NCBI GenBank assembly: GCA_010093705.1
Contig: MU006096.1
Coordinates: 1,324,004-1,388,003, forward strand
Source of the DNA: Patellaria atrata CBS 101060
Taxonomy: Eukaryota
Length of the DNA stretch: 64,000 nt
Reading direction: 5' to 3'
Position numbers and translations under genes: made by a program
Notes under the pieces: model-generated
Told to the model about the DNA's origin: nothing
The model's database searches: none
What the model saw: only the letters and a program-made list of their open reading frames with translations
Shown: positions 63,234 to 64,000 of the stretch, piece after piece
Numbering within the stretch: position 1 is the stretch's first letter
How the letters are laid out: the number at the start of each line of letters is the position of its first letter

Positions 63234-64000
63234 ATGGACTCGTCGGTACAACTTCCCGAGACGGAGAAAGACCAAATTAGCATACCAAACCGACCTGAAA
63301 ATGTCAGATCACAGTCTCACGAAAGCTCCCTGAATGAACTCCCCATAGATGAAACCGAGGACATCGTAACGGAGAAGAGAGATTGTAAGACAAATGCACC
63401 AGGAGGTTTGGCGGTGGAGGAGAAGACGTGGGATGACAAGCAGTCAAGTGATCATAGGAGTATTTCGGAGAGCGTTTCTGTACAGCTCGAAGGTGACGAT
63501 GAAGAGCCTCCTATTCCTCAGTCATTCCAAAGAACCAACAGTCCTCCTGTCATGCAAAGAAATAAGAATGCGGCGTACGGTAAAGTAGGGGATGATGGCA
63601 TTCACAAGATGCATCGATTCTCGCTATACGAAACAAACACCCGTTTCTACTTGATAGGCGGTGATCTCATGGATAGGCATTTCAGGGTTTTGAAGATTGA
63701 TAGAACATCGGCCCCTGGTCAGTTAAATATCTTTGAAGACGACATCGTCTATGATAAGCTGGAGATGAACCAACTGCTAAATGCAATCGACGATGGCAAT
63801 AAACACAACGGGGGTCTTAAACTTAAATGTAGCTCTTGGGGTATCCTCGGGTTCATTCGATTCACTGAGGCTTATTATATGATACTAATAACTAAGAAAG
63901 CTCATGTGGCTATGATTGGGGGTCATTATATCTATCAAGTTGACGGAACTGAACTTGTCCCGATCACCACTGGAGCTAGTTCTCGCTTCATGAGAGATCG
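63234..64000 (+). CDS. FIG4: Polyphosphoinositide phosphatase Fig4 (Sac domain), N-terminal part; runs off the window
   Basis: Open frame from ATG 63234: IHKMHRFSLYETNTRFYLIGGD..FRVLKIDRT..WGILGFIRFTEAYYMILITKK..IGGHYIYQVDGTEL. Confidence 0.93.
   Translation, partial: MDSSVQLPETEKDQISIPNRPENVRSQSHESSLNELPIDETEDIVTEKRDCKTNAPGGLAVEEKTWDDKQSSDHRSISESVSVQLEGDDEEPPIPQSFQRTNSPPVMQRNKNAAYGKVGDDGIHKMHRFSLYETNTRFYLIGGDLMDRHFRVLKIDRTSAPGQLNIFEDDIVYDKLEMNQLLNAIDDGNKHNGGLKLKCSSWGILGFIRFTEAYYMILITKKAHVAMIGGHYIYQVDGTELVPITTGASSRFMRD

Overview
Eukaryotic, intron-containing DNA from a filamentous ascomycete (short GT-AG introns with CTRAY branch points; the proteins look Dothideomycete-like, which is my inference). 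It is mostly a housekeeping neighbourhood: RIP1 (truncated by the window edge), a Poa1-like macrodomain, PRP22, a giant repeat-rich GPI-type cell-wall protein, thioredoxin, NUF2, a Bqt4-like APSES/KilA-N protein, Rho-GDI, an alpha/beta hydrolase, a His-box-degenerate sterol desaturase-like protein, RPN13, RPL6, NUP49, FIP1, a TauD-family dioxygenase, UBA1 and FIG4 (truncated). Decayed genes are interspersed, including a P450 pseudogene and several orphan relics. Manual splicing recovered genes the ORF track misses or fragments, notably a 4-exon DUF952 gene. Best leads: (1) a CUG-initiated, NLS- and CDK-site-bearing N-terminal extension of UBA1; (2) a canonical PCNA-binding PIP box on the Poa1/TARG1-like ADP-ribose hydrolase; (3) a spliced, apparently non-coding, hairpin-rich locus at 20.9-21.7 kb with a possible 2-nt microexon. 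I saw no tRNA, rRNA, CRISPR array or intact transposon. All calls come from reading the sequence and recalled family motifs; no searches were run.
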